Part shown: piece after piece, positions 11,736-25,417 of the stretch | How the letters are laid out: each line of letters opens with the position of its first letter | Numbering within the stretch: position 1 is the first letter of the stretch | Source of the DNA: the human T2T-CHM13v2.0 reference genome, Homo sapiens | Reading direction: 5' to 3' (one strand) | Assembly (NCBI RefSeq): GCF_009914755.1 | Contig: NC_060926.1 | DNA length: 64,000 nucleotides | Position numbers and translations under genes: made by a program | The notes under the pieces: generated by a model | Told to the model about the DNA's origin: nothing | What the model saw: the letters and a program-made list of their open reading frames with translations, nothing else | The model's database searches: none

Positions 11736-14700
11736 TTGATTTTTAAACACATGGACTAGAATTAACACACACCCACTCCACTAAACTGGTTTTACTGAAC
11801 AGCAGGTTGTCACACAAACGGCTCCAAGGGAGGGAGTGGAGGAAATGGCAAGGCTCGGAGACACTGCTGTCAGATGCACGTGAGACTCAGCTGTACTCAC
11901 CGGCGAAATAAACGTTTTGGCTCCGGGAAGGCAGAAAACGTCCACTTTGAGAGAAACTCACACCCTGCATAAGCCACTAACCGGTGGGGACTCCCACGCC
12001 ACACATCGCACCAATACAAGCTCCATTCACAGAAAACCCCACTGCAAGTCGGTTATCGCTGCAAACTTCCTCTCTCTAACAGGAAGAAATCAGGACTCAC
12101 GGGAGTAAGCAAAATGAGGCCTAAATCCGGCAAGCGAGGAAATCAAACACTTCCATCTTAATCACATATTATAGCGATGAGCAACCGAGTCAGATGGCCG
12201 CTGCTGGGTTTGACATTTTGTGGCTCTTCCTTTCCTCTGAGCTCCCAACTTGCTTCCAAGAATGAGGATAAATTAACATCCACATATCTGACCAGAGCCA
12301 ACTTCTGCTCCCAAACATACGGCGACGGGGGAGACAGGATGCACCCAAAGTGGCCCCTGGCTGTGCGTGACAAAGCTTTCCAGGAACAGAGCGAGCCAGG
12401 CAGGACAACCGGCTTCGGCTGAGATCTGCAGACTGGGCCCTGGCAGAATAAATGAGCGGACTGGACCCAGTCCAGGCTCGGGACAATTACAAATAGCAAG
12501 AGAACAAGAAATGCTGGCTTGTTTTTGTACACTGCTATCTCTTCGGGGGCAGAAAGACAAAGAAAAAGGGGAGAAAGAGGTGGATCTGGTCTGGAAATCC
12601 CAGGAAAGCCAGGCCATGCAGAAGGCATCCCCCAGCACACCGAAAGCCAGGGAATCTGCAGCCTTGAAGGTGAGGCTCAGCCCCGCCCACCAGCCAGGTG
12701 CAGAGGCTGCTCAGAGAGCACAGGCAGGTACTCCAGACAAGCACAGAGAGACAACTCCACTCCCAGCTGGCTTGGTCTGTGCCACCAGCTGGACGTGTTT
12801 TATCTCAGTCCCAAAATGCACGGTTTCTAGACCTCCCGTGGCACCTCTCTCGCGACTCAAAGCCAGTGCAGTGAGTTCCTGGAGGCCCATGCAGCTTCCT
12901 ATCCACCACGTCCCTCACCACCCTCTAATACAACTGGGGCAGCGGCAGCCTCTACTCGTTACCCTCTCCTCCCGCTTCCCTTCATTCCATCAGTGCCCCA
13001 AAATCCCTATTACAGGAGGCCTTGTCTGACCCCTGCAGCAGCCCAGTTATCCCTGAGATTCTCACACCGACCTTCGTCCAACCCCCTAGTGCAAACATCA
13101 AATGACACCTATTAAAATTGACACACTAAAAGAACGGCTGCATCTGAGCTCAAAGTTTATTCACACTGAGCTTTTAAAATCCAAAACTACCATTTGATGT
13201 TCAAAATTTAAATAGCCACTACATAAAATAGGAAAAAATAAATTCCTTTTATTTTTCTAAGGGAGTTCTCCAAATCCTCAGCAGCTGCTATGAGATTCCC
13301 GTGGATTTTTAGGTACAAAGTTCAGACTGAGAGGACCACAGTATTCAATGAGATTCTGAGCTCAGTCCATCCAGAAGATTCCATAAGCATCCAAGGCAGA
13401 AGTGAGATTCAGCCACCAACCACATTGCAAAAGCCACTGGTGGAGGATTCCAGAGCAGGTGTCATCCAGGGCTCAGGGCCTCCAGGCTCCCCCCAAGGCT
13501 GAGATTCTACCAAAAGCGTAGGTTCGGTTCGCCAGTGGCTGAGTTTTGTTTCCGGAGAGCATGTGTGTTAAACTGACTTGAAAGGTATCCAAAGAAACTG
13601 TGAAGGCAGAGGTCATCTGTATTTAAGAAAACTATGTATTTAGCTTACATAAAATCAGAAAATACAGAATCTGGCTTTGAAGAAAACAATGGTAAAGATG
13701 TTATATTGACAAGTAATTTTAACCAATGTCTCTGAATGAATATACCAACTCAGATACATCAGCCACCTGCTGTTCCTATCCAGGTGAAGGCCGGCTGCCC
13801 TGCCCTCCCCTTCTGTCATAAGAGGGTCTGGGGTTGCCTGTAAACACAGGGCTGCCCCACTGCTCACTGTCCCAGTGAAGTCCTTTGCTCTGCCAGTTTC
13901 CATCAGCTGCAGGGCCAGGTGCCGACAGAAGGCAAAAGTCAAAGCCCAGTATCTTTCTAAAGAAACAGGGCCCGATGAAAGGAAGCAACCTCAGCCCCAG
14001 GAGGCAATGGGCCTAGTCCAGGTCACCCCGGACACAGAGCCACCCCTGGGCAGTGATCTCCCAGCTCCTGCCCCTGTCCATTCCCCAGGTGAAGCCTAAA
14101 TGCTCTGATCTGGACATGGGTGAGGAGCACCAAAGCCATGCTCTCTCGGGTGATGTGAGCAACTCAACAGAGACCTACGTTGTTCTTTTGTTCATGAAGA
14201 TAGTACTGAAGTTTGAAATAACATCCCTCAGCAGAGCTCCAGAGCAGAATCATCCCAGAGAACCACACATGTGGCCCGCGGCCCCCTGCAATCTCCTGGC
14301 TAAGGCATTAAAAACACCATCTCCTTAGAAAATGCAGTCCTTGAGGCCACACCCATGCAAATCAGTCCACCAAATCCACTCATAACAGCATCCAGGTAAC
14401 TTCCAAAGAAATGGAAACACTGATAAACACAAGAAACACCCTCCCCACATGTGATTCTCATGCATCAGGTCCTGCAGACCACAGAGAGTTCAAGGAAACC
14501 GCAGCCAAGAACCAAGAAAGCCACATCCATGCTCAGGCCAGGGCCACCGGGCTTTGTGACTGCTTCCCTCAGCAGAAGTGCTAGCAGCTGAGTAGGGAGA
14601 CATCAAGACATCATGACAGAAAGAGGCTGGGGGCCTGAACACAAAGCAAGAAGAGTGGGATGTGTCCCCACCCCAGATACCCTCCTAGTTTCTAACACAT

Positions 14701-16415
14701 TCAGGCCAGGATGGTCCCTGCAGCAGTTGGGGCATGGGGTCCTGCTGGTGCTGCTGCTCCCTCACCCCAGGACACCCCAGCTCTTCCCTGAGCCTCAGCT
14801 GCACCAAGCCAGTCACAGGGCAGTGAGCTCAGCTGTTCACAGTAGGCTGTGCAAGCATGGACACAGCCCCACCCGTCTTCCTGAACCATCGAGAAATTAC
14901 GTCTTACCAAATCCTACTGAGGACTGGCGAAGAACAAAAGGGAACCAAATCACAGATAGATGTGAAGGCAGATAGACAATTCAACTGTTCTCAGAAGCTA
15001 CAGAGGGGCCCCAGTGGGGGCAGCCCCACTGAGCTCCAGTCTGCCACCCAAATGCCTGTTGGTGCATCTCCTAAAGGCTGGGCTGCATGGGACAGAGGAG
15101 GACCATGGTGGGGTGTCAGCACTTCCAGGCTGGGTACTCCATCGGTGCTGCTGCTTAGAGATGCCTCTGTACCCTTCCAGCTGTCAGATGGCCTCTGCAC
15201 CTTATCATCCTGTTACAACAGCCTGGACATGGAGACACACACCATCTCTCAAAAACAGCCTTTGGGGATGCTCACGTGTATGTTTGTGTTCAGAAAAGAA
15301 CCACCTGCCTTGAATGAAGCATCTGCTTCAAAGCCACAGGGCTCCCCGTGCTGAGGGCCACACTGAGAGGACATCTGTGCCCTGCAGTCCTCGGCCCAAG
15401 TCCACCCCTCCAGGCCAGGCACCCTGGCCCCATCCTGATGCTGCAAGACCAAGGATGAGAAGCCCACCAGAGATAAAGGGCACTGAAGATCTGGCCCCCT
15501 CTTCAGCAGTCACACCCTAGTCCCTGTCACTCAGAAAACTGGGCTCACTGCAGCACCCACTAAACATCTCTAAGGGGATCCTAACCTCCCATCTCCACCA
15601 TCATCAGAGCCACCATTACCATCAAGGACTCGGCTTTCAACACGTACAATGCATCGGGCACTACAAAAACTAAAACTCCTCATCTCTCTGGTTTACCAAC
15701 GAAAACCTCTGCTTTCCATGTCTCCAGTTTCCCCTAGGGCCTCCTCAAATGTTCTAGAACTCTTTTTATCCACTAGTACATCAGAAAGAAAAAATTAACC
15801 TTGCCTTCCTCCCTCCCCGATCCTTTCACAAAAACAAGGCAGTGCTATGGAAGCACATGAGAGAGACGTGGGGCGAAGGCCGCCTTTGCTCCCGCACAGC
15901 CACATTGAGACTGCAGGTGTTCAGGCAAAGACAGGGCCAGGCAGCACCTCGGTGAGCCTGCAGCAGGAAGGTTTGTGTTGTGCAGTGTCAGACCGGGATG
16001 AGGAGACAGGGCTGGAAGAATCAGCCCCACCTGATTTGGATTCAGTCCATGTGAAAACAAAGAGTGTCAAGAATTCTGCATCACACTACCTAACAGGGAG
16101 GGAGGAACTTCCCCTCAATACGGCCTTACCCTAGATGTGAAGAGGTGAGAAAGGCTTTCAGGACAACACATGGAAACCCTGAGTGTGCTCAGAACAGACT
16201 CCACATCCTTGCCTGAAACTCCAACAGCATTTCACAAACCCTACTGAATCAACAAGTCACTGAGAAACACAGTGTTAATAAGCATCCAATTTCTACATAT
16301 TTCCTAGGAAAACTCATAGGTATTTAAAAAGGAATACCTTTGGCTATGAATGCAAACTAATTGAAAGAAAACCATTAGCTCTTATAATGAAAGGTATTCT
16401 CTTGGCTTTAGCAGC

Positions 16416-16773
16416 TGCTGTGGTCTGAATGTTGGCGTCCCCCCCAAAATTCACGTGTTAAAATCTAATACCCAATGTGACAGTATTAAGAAGTGGGGCC
16501 TCTGGGGAGTGATTAAGTTATGGACTCTCAGGAACAGGATTAGTGCCCTTATTATAGAGGTTCAAGTGAGACCCCTCACCCCTTCCAACAGGTGAGGACA
16601 CAGCAAGAAGGCACCATCTGTGAAGCAGAGAGCAGCCCTCACCAGACACCAAGTCCGCTGGCACCTTGATCTTGGACTTCCCAGCCCCCAGAACTGTGAG
16701 CAAGAAATTTCTATTATTTACATATCATCCACCCTAAGGTATTTTATGATAGCAGGCTGAACGAACAAAGGCA
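16416..16773 (+). mobile_element. MaLR solo LTR (MLT1A-like)
   Basis: tgctgtggtctgaatgtt..ccccaaaattcacgtgtt start; gaggacacagcaagaaggcaccatct; ctggcaccttgatcttggacttcccagcc..agaactgtgag; ends in ca. Confidence 0.88.
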
Positions 16774-19700
16774 TCACCTAAACAACCACATTATGGAAGC
16801 AATCTTCTAAGAAAATGGTCTAAGCATTTTAAAATTTAAAATTAAAAAAAAAAAACTGGCTCCAATCACAAAACTTCTTTTAGGGAAAGGCTCTGAAGAC
16901 AGTGGCTTCATAATAACAAATTCTGACATCTCAAGTGAATACAAACTCAAAGAGCTAATTTGAACCTTTGAGAATGTAGTTGTATACAGAAAAGAAAAAA
17001 CTCCCCCAGTTAATGACCATCACTAAATAATGAACACTAAGACACACAGACCAACTTGTCCTAATTCTTTATAAATGCTATTTCAAATGGAACAAAAATA
17101 AGTACATTTAGGTCATTTCTGTATTTTGAAAAAAACAAATACGTTACAATAAGTTTTACTACTCCTTTTGAAAGTACAGAGTCTTGGTGAAAGCTAGGAA
17201 ATGACAGTCATCCTGAACACTGTGTTTCAAGGTAATATCCCAACAGCTCTACAGCTGCCCGTCAGCATGGAACCACACTGGGTCCTGAGTCCGTGTTGTA
17301 GCACTGAAGGAAAGGCAGCAAGGGGACACTGGGCAGAGATGGAGGAGAGTACAGTGAGGGCTGAGGGAGATGAGGGAGCCTGGGGTCCAGTGAGAACAAA
17401 GCCACCATAAGCCAGCCGGGCTCAGGATCCTCACAGACAACCAAGAGCCCGCAGGCCCAGCGTCGTCTTGGAGGGAAAGCCGCCTACACTGTCAAGGGGG
17501 CTCCCAAAGGCCTGGCTATGGGCTTCGGTCTCCAAATCAGCTGTGCCTAGCTCCCTGAGAGGCAGAATTTATCTTTTCTATTTGTATTTGTTTTCCTAAA
17601 AAGGGGGAAGGAGAGAGAAGCAAACATGAAAATAACGCCCCAAGGCCTCCATCCCCACCAATGCGTATCACTCCTGAAGGGCCAGCACTCCCAGTGTCTT
17701 ACTGATTAGGTGGCTGAAAGCAAACCAGTTTAAAAGCTCAGGGCCAGATATAATTCAAAAAAGTTTAGGTATATGCCTCAGTTGATTTTTGTCTTAATTT
17801 TAATTTCTTAAAATTAACTGTAATTTTCATTATAATTTTCCCCAAAGTGCCCATTTTTTGCCATGTTCTCATGAAATAAACAAAGAGAAGGATGCTAAGT
17901 GGCCACAACGTGAAAGTTTCAGCCCAAATCTCAGAGTTCGCTTGGTTATGCCAATCACCCAGTCACTCCTTCAGTCCCAACATTCTAAGGACCGGCAAAG
18001 AGAGCTCAGAGAAAGTTCACAAAAAGACAGAGGAAGGACAGATGAAGTTCCCTGATGGCAAAACCCATGCTCGTTGAAACCAACTGGGACACAAAAAAGC
18101 CTACGTTGCAGGACAGGGCCCCAGCCGGCGGGGCAGGACCTGCGGGAGGCCCACCAACCCTCCTCACAAGGCTGTTTCAGCCTCAGGTCCTTTCTAGGGG
18201 ACAGCCTCCCTTGGCCTCCACATCCCTCAGGGGGCTTCCATGCCCAGCCCATCCCTCTCGTGGCATGAACCACACTGGACCAGAGTGCCTGCTGCCCTGC
18301 CTGCCCTGCCTGCCCTGGCCAGGGAGCTCACACAAGCAGACAGGCTCAATGCCTCTCAGGTCCCAGGTGCCCAGTGTTCTGCCGCAGAGAGGCGCACACT
18401 CCTTGAGGGAAGGTGACCGATTCTAGCGGTGCCAGATTGGCCTCTGATGCGCTGCCCAGCCTCAGCCTACCTAAGCACTCGATAGCAGTTAACACTGGTT
18501 TCCTCATCTACAAAACAGAAATAACGTGTCCAGCTCACGTCACAGGCTATATGCAAGCACAAATGGAGTAGCAGCAAGCAAAACTCAGAACAAACCTGCT
18601 GTTCATTTCGTTCTCTTAAACGCGCAGTGGGGTTGACTGAGCAAGCAAGTCATCAAGGCTGATGTATTATTATGATGAGTTTTGAACACCTATGGTCAAG
18701 TAGAGCCAGACCTTTGATGGCAGTAGCTCCCGCCTCACACAGCCTGGCACCCGGAGGCAGCCACGCACCTGCACACCTGTCCACGTGCGACCTGCCCCCA
18801 CTGCCGGGTGCCTCAATCACAGCCTTTCTGTTCCCCGCCAAGCTGTGCTCAATGGTTTCTAATGATTCTCACACCGCGTTTTCTATGTCAAATACATACC
18901 GGGAGTTCATTCTTAAATTTCAATATCATTAATCATCCAACATTCAGCATCTCAGAACTCAGAAATTTGCATTTCTACAATAGTGGCTTTGAAAAAGGGA
19001 CACAAATGCAAATGTTCCACAAACTGTGTAAGAATTTTCAGAGAATTGCCAAAACAAACCATCAATGCTCCATTGACAGCGAATTTTCTGAGCTCTTCAT
19101 AATGACTGAGTACTCGTGATTTTTAAAAGACAAAACACAATTTGAGGATCAAAAAAAAAAGTAGGTTGAAAAATAAGTCCTTATGTCTACATGATTTCCA
19201 GAACAAACCTTGACTGATTAAGATCCCAGATAATGATGGCATGGAGAATCCAGGCTAGTGACAATCTGAGAGCTGCAGACGCCCCGTGCCGGGTGGCTGG
19301 GAGGATGCACATTCAGACAGGCGGTGCTGTGCGTCAGAAAACGTACACAAGTATTTTTGAAACCTTGCCTTTAGAAAGCGGAAGCAAGCAGTACATGGGG
19401 ATCAAAAGCATCTCCCACCCCAACATCAGCCGGAACTATCCAGGCATTTCTGTTGTCCTTCTCTAAAACCTCCAGTTGATGTAGGGCTGGTCTACTCTCC
19501 CACGTTCTCGGGGTTCAATCTCACTCCCTCCTATCCAGAACCCCCAGGGCTGCCCACCGCAGGGGCCATGAACAAGCTCTTCTCCAGCTGGCACCAAGCA
19601 TGCTCTCAGGCCCTGCCACCTTGTCCAAGCTCCCCTGGACTCCTGCCAGCTGGCTGCACCTGCTGCCTACACACCCCCTCCTCCTGGGAGCCCTCTTGGG

Positions 19701-19883
19701 CCTCCTGCAAAGCCACTCTCAGCTCCCAGGCTTTCTCATTACCTCCCGCCACCTTGTTTCTGAGCAAGGGCCATGCTCAGAATCTGCAACCCACCTGTCA
19801 CCAGAAGCTCAGAATCAAGGTCTTGGGTTAATTGCAGGTCTTCAAAATTCCTTTTCTGCCCCTTAAAACTTTGTAGTACTCCT

Positions 19884-20167
19884 GGCCGGATACAATGGCT
19901 CATACCTGTAATCCAGGACTTTGGGAGGCCGAGGGGGCAGGATTGCTTGAGTCCAGGAGTTGGAGACCAGCCTGGACAACATGGTGAGATTCGGTCTCCA
20001 CAAAAAATTTTAAAAATTAGCTGGGCGTGGTGGCATACAGAGGTGCATGCCAGAGGTGGTCCCAGCTACTCGGGAGCCTGAGGTGGGAGGATCGCTGAAG
20101 CCCAGGAAGCTGAGGCTGAGGTGCATACCACCACACTCCAGCCTGGGCGACAGCAAGACCCTGTCTA
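19884..20167 (+). mobile_element. AluJ element whose tail runs into a CA-rich array
   Basis: AluJ-type ggattgcttgagtccaggagtt and gcccaggaagctgaggctg; ends gcaagaccctgtct. Confidence 0.9.
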
Positions 20168-21730
20168 ACACACACACACACACCCAACACACACACACGG
20201 ACACCCTAACACACACATACACACACCCTAACACACACCCTGTGTAAAACAACACTCTCAACCCTGTCTAAAAAACACACACTCCCTAAAACACACACAC
20301 CCATCTCACACACATGCACTCACCCTAACACACACACCCTAACACACATACACACCGTCTAAAACACACACACCCCCGTCTCACACACATGCACTCAAAC
20401 ACACATACACACCCTAACACACATACACATCGTCTAAAATACACACCCCCGTCTCACACACATGCACTCAAACACACACACCCTAACACACATACACACC
20501 GTCTAAAACACACACACACCCCCATCTCACACACGTGCACTCACTCTAACAAACACACACATCCTAACACACATACACACCGTCTGAAACACATATACCA
20601 CCGTCTCACACACTTGCACTCACTCTCACACACACATCCTAACACACATACACACTGTCTGAAACACACACACCCCCATCTCACACATGCACTCACCCAA
20701 CACACACACACCCTAACACACATACACACCGTCTGAAACACACACACCCCCATCTCACACATGCACTCACCCAACACACACTGTCTAAAACACACACACC
20801 CTGTCTAAAACACACATACATACCTTAACACACACATATCCTGTCTAAAACACACACCCATACTTTAATACACAGACACCCACACCCTAACACACATACC
20901 ACACCCTAAAACACAAACACACCCTAACACACACGCATACAGACCATACACACCCGTCTAAAACACACATACACACATCTTAACACACATCCTGTCTAGA
21001 ACACACACCCATACTTTTAACACATAGTCTAGGACACACACACCCTGTTTAAAACACACATACATACCTTAACACACATCCTGTCCAAAACACACACCCA
21101 TACTTTAACACACAGTCTAAGACACACACACCCTAACACATACCACACCCTAAAACACACAAACACACCTTCACACACACACACACACACACAGACCATA
21201 ACACACACACCTGTCTAAAACACACATACACACCTTAACACACACACACTCTGTCTAAAACACACACCCATATCTTAATACAGTCTAAAACACACACACT
21301 GTCTAAAACACACACCCTAACACACACATACCCTAACACACACGCTCTAAAACACACCCTGACACACACACCCTGTCTAAACACACACCCTAACACATAC
21401 ACCGTCTCACACACACACACCCTGTCTAAAACACACACACACCACCTAACACACACACCCTGTCTCACACACACCCTATCTAAAACACACACACCCTAAC
21501 ACACACACCCTGTCTCTCACACACACACCCTGTCTAAAACACACACACACCCTAACACATACACATTGTGTCTAAAACACACACACGCACCCTAACACAC
21601 ACACCCTGTCTAAAACACACACCCCATCACACGCACACACCCTAACACACATACACCCTGATTCACACACATACAACCTGTCTAAAACACACACCCTAAC
21701 ACACACTCTAACACACACATACACACAGAC
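20168..21730. repeat. ~1.5-kb CA-rich compound minisatellite
   Basis: Recurrent units accctgtctaaaacacacac, accctaacacacac and cccatctcacacatgcactc. Confidence 0.95.
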
Positions 21731-22134
21731 ACTTTGTGGTATTCCTGAGACATTCAACCACTGCAGAGCATTATTTAAATGCCATAAAAATGCATCTTTA
21801 TGGATCATTTCTATATTAAAATATAATAATCTTGGCGGCCACAATAGTTAAAATAAACAGATTCAAGATCAAATAAAGTTAGAGCAGAACATGAGGACTG
21901 GAAGCAATCCCAGAGGAGAGCCTTCTCCCTGGACTCACAGGGTTAACACTCAACAGTGGTCTGAAGCAACTGTATTACCATGAACTCACTCATCACCAAG
22001 TCATTGTGGACAGAGACTTTTTAGCTGCTTTTATGTGGATGGGGGTAGCTCAGACTGAACAGAATATTAAGAAATCATAGAATGGCCCAAATGAACACAC
22101 TGATCTTAAGTTACACACGTTTCCCACAAAATCC

Positions 22135-22430
22135 TTTTTTTTTGTTTTGAGACAACAGTCTTGCTCTGTCGGCCAGGCTACAGTGCAGTGGCACCATCTC
22201 GGCTCACTGCAACCTCACCTCCCGGATTCAAGCGATTCTCCTGCCTCAGCCTCCCGAGTAGCTGGGACTACAGGCGCGTGCCACCACGCCTGGCTAATTT
22301 TTGTGTTTTTAGTAGAGACGGGGTTTGACCATGCTGACCAGGCTGATCGCGAACTCCTGACCTCAAATGATCTGCCCACCTCGGCCTCTCAAAGCACGAG
22401 GATTACAGGTTTGAGCCACCGCACCCGGCC
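22135..22430 (-). mobile_element. AluS element
   Basis: T-tract followed by antisense Alu body ending gagccaccgcacccggcc. Confidence 0.95.
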
Positions 22431-22526
22431 ACTTATTTTGTTTTGAACTAAACATTATCCGTACCTCGCACCAAGATTCCAGGAGCGAGAGGATGCTCAA
22501 GTTACCGACCACTGCCTGCTCAACCA

Positions 22527-22928
22527 GCTTCCTATCGAGAGCATCATCCCGGTGACCATAGACACGTCCCAGCAAATCCACGTCCCAGCAAATGCACTGC
22601 TTCCTATCGAGAGCATCATCCCGGTGACCACAGACACGTCCCAGCAAATCCACTGCTTCCTATCGAGAGCATCATCCCGGTGACCACAGACACGTCCCAG
22701 CAAATCCACTGCTTCCTATCGAGAGCATCATCCCGGTGACCACAGACACGTCCCAGCAAATCCACGTCCCAGCAAATGCACTGCTTCCTATCGAGAGCAC
22801 CATCCCGCTGACCACAGACACGTCCCAGCAAATCCACGTCCCAGCAAATGCACTGCTTCCTATCGAGAGCACCATCCCGCTGACCACAGACACGTCCCAG
22901 CAAATCCACGTCCCAGCAAATCCACTGC
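22527..22928. repeat. VNTR, 6 copies of 56/72-bp units
   Basis: gcttcctatcgagagcaYcatcccgStgaccacagacacgtcccagcaaatc(cacgtcccagcaaatg)cact in the order long, short, short, long, long, long. Confidence 0.95.
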
Positions 22929-25051
22929 GGGGCTCCTTGACACTGAGAACTTTTCTGGGCAAGACTTTCTCTAGGCACGAACATTCCGGAAGGGAAAGTA
23001 AATGACACTGGAGGGACGGGGTAGTGTTAAGTGGGTGGCCAAGTAACAACGTCTGCCTTTCCTGCTGGCCAGTCAAGTCACCAGTATCCTAAGCCCTTAA
23101 CCACAAGGAAAGACAAGGACAGTTACTTGGAGAACTGTCCTTGGAGGAAAACAAGGGAATGGGAGAAAAAAAAGGAGGCGTAGCTTGTCCTGCCAGCAGG
23201 CCCCCGTGGGCTTTCCGTCCACACTCCCGGTTTCATGCCAGGGACTCTGGCTTCAAGGCAGAGGCTCTGTGTCCTGACAAACGCATCCTGCCCTGCCACA
23301 GCGCATCCCCTCAGGGAGGGTGTGGAGGGCTGGCCGGGCAAGGGGCGTAAGGCTCCAGGGCCTCCTTTCAAAGGAGAGCCCTTCCAGGCTAAGTCAATCC
23401 AGGTTCTTCCCTCAGGCCGCTCACATCATTAGAAATCGTTCTTTAGAGCAATAAAATCCCAACAGTTAAGCAGCTTTGACGTCAGAGAACCAGGGCCTGG
23501 CTCTGGCAAAGTTCAGCGGGAACAGCAATAAAACCGTAACACAAAACTCACCCAGCAGCAGAGGACTTTCACAGAACACAGGAGAGGAAAGCCACACACA
23601 CTGCACTAGAAGGGCACTTCATCAGCAGGGCAAAGCCAAGTCACATGACAAATGTGAGAGGGGGCCCATGGGCGGCTGGACTCCCCCAGCCCGGCCTGCC
23701 CAGGGAGTGAGGGCGGCACGGGCACCCACACCAGGCCACACAGGAGCAGGGCCCCCATGCCAGATGGGCAGGCAAGGGTGAGCCAGGCAGGCAAGAGTGA
23801 GCCGGGTGGGCAGGGCGAAGGACAGGGCCAGCTAGCAGAGGACGGCACGAGAGACACACGGAGGGAGGGGAGGTGCAGCCAGGTAGGCCCCGAACACCAC
23901 GTTGCCAGGACTCGGCTCCTCGGCTCAAGGAAAAGGGACAGCGGTTCCGTGGCTGTGCTCTGACACACCTAGAAATTTCCCGCTCAAGAGAGCAAACTGA
24001 ATCCTTTAGTATTAATGATTTCTCTTCCTCCCAAAACCCACTAAAATGATGAAAAGCAGGATTGGAAAGCACTTCCAGCAATGCCTGGGAGCGGACGGAC
24101 AGGTGCATCAGCTGACAAGAAACACAGAGGAACTTCCCGAAACTAGAGATCTCTGGGGATGGAGCTGCTTGGGAAGGCACACAAGCGAGTGGGCCTCGCC
24201 CAGGAGGGAGGGCACGGTTCTGGGCAAGCCCCATCCCCCGCCTGAGACGTGGGCAGAGGCCGCTGGGCCACCAGCCAGTGTGTGCAGGTGGTGGTATGCA
24301 CGTGTTGGGCACAAGGGGTCCTGCCTCCCAAGGGACCTCCGGGCGGAAGGGCAGACACGGCAGGGAAAGATGACAGCGGACAGGGCAGAGGAGGCAGCCA
24401 GCAGACTTCAGGCCCCAGGCAAACCACCTCAGCTGTACCCCCTGCACAGATGGAGAGCAGAGAATGGGCTGGGCCAAGGGGCAGCCCTGCCCTCACCAGT
24501 GCGGCCTGTCTTCAGCCTCCAACCCACTGAGAGAGAGAATGGAGAGGTCGTGGGTGGCAATAAGGCGCACACAACCCAACTCACATGGGCAGGACAGGCC
24601 CGGGCAGGCCGGTGATCAAACTGAACCGCAGCGGCTGAAATTCCCACAGAAAAGGCCAAACAAACCCAGCACCCCGCGGTTTCCAGAGCTGAGCCTCAAA
24701 GAACCCGGCCTGAAAAGGTTAGAGACAAGCGGATGGAGAAATATTTGTTAGCCAAAAGAAACCAAGGGTAGAAATACCTCATGAAACACTATAAGCTCTC
24801 GGTCAAAGAAACATTAAACAAAGAGAAATATATTATATTTTGATAAGAGACCTGATCTACCAAAAGAACAGTCATTAATTTTTAAGCTTTAAAAAAAAAC
24901 ACTGAACTATATAAAGCAAAAAATGGTTATTAATGTAAAAAGAATATTATAAGACTATAATCACAGTAGAAAAATACACTTTTCCAAGAAATCGAGCAGA
25001 CAGAAAAAAATAAGTAAAGCTATACTGATTTAAATAACTCAACTGAGTTAA

Positions 25052-25417
<366 letters not shown>

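Noticed and set aside
12367-13029. 220-aa + strand ORF
   Set aside because: Non-ATG start, no protein-family resemblance, antisense in an intron; expected by chance in GC-rich DNA.
22527-22928. Repeat array superficially like a CRISPR array, and repetitive ORFs
   Set aside because: No unique spacers, no cas genes, human context; a simple VNTR. The same applies to the arrays at 40170-40935 and 50658-51075.
23641-24615. 278-aa and 189-aa overlapping ORFs
   Set aside because: Pro/Ser/Cys/Gly-rich composition typical of non-coding GC-rich sequence; no homology recognised.
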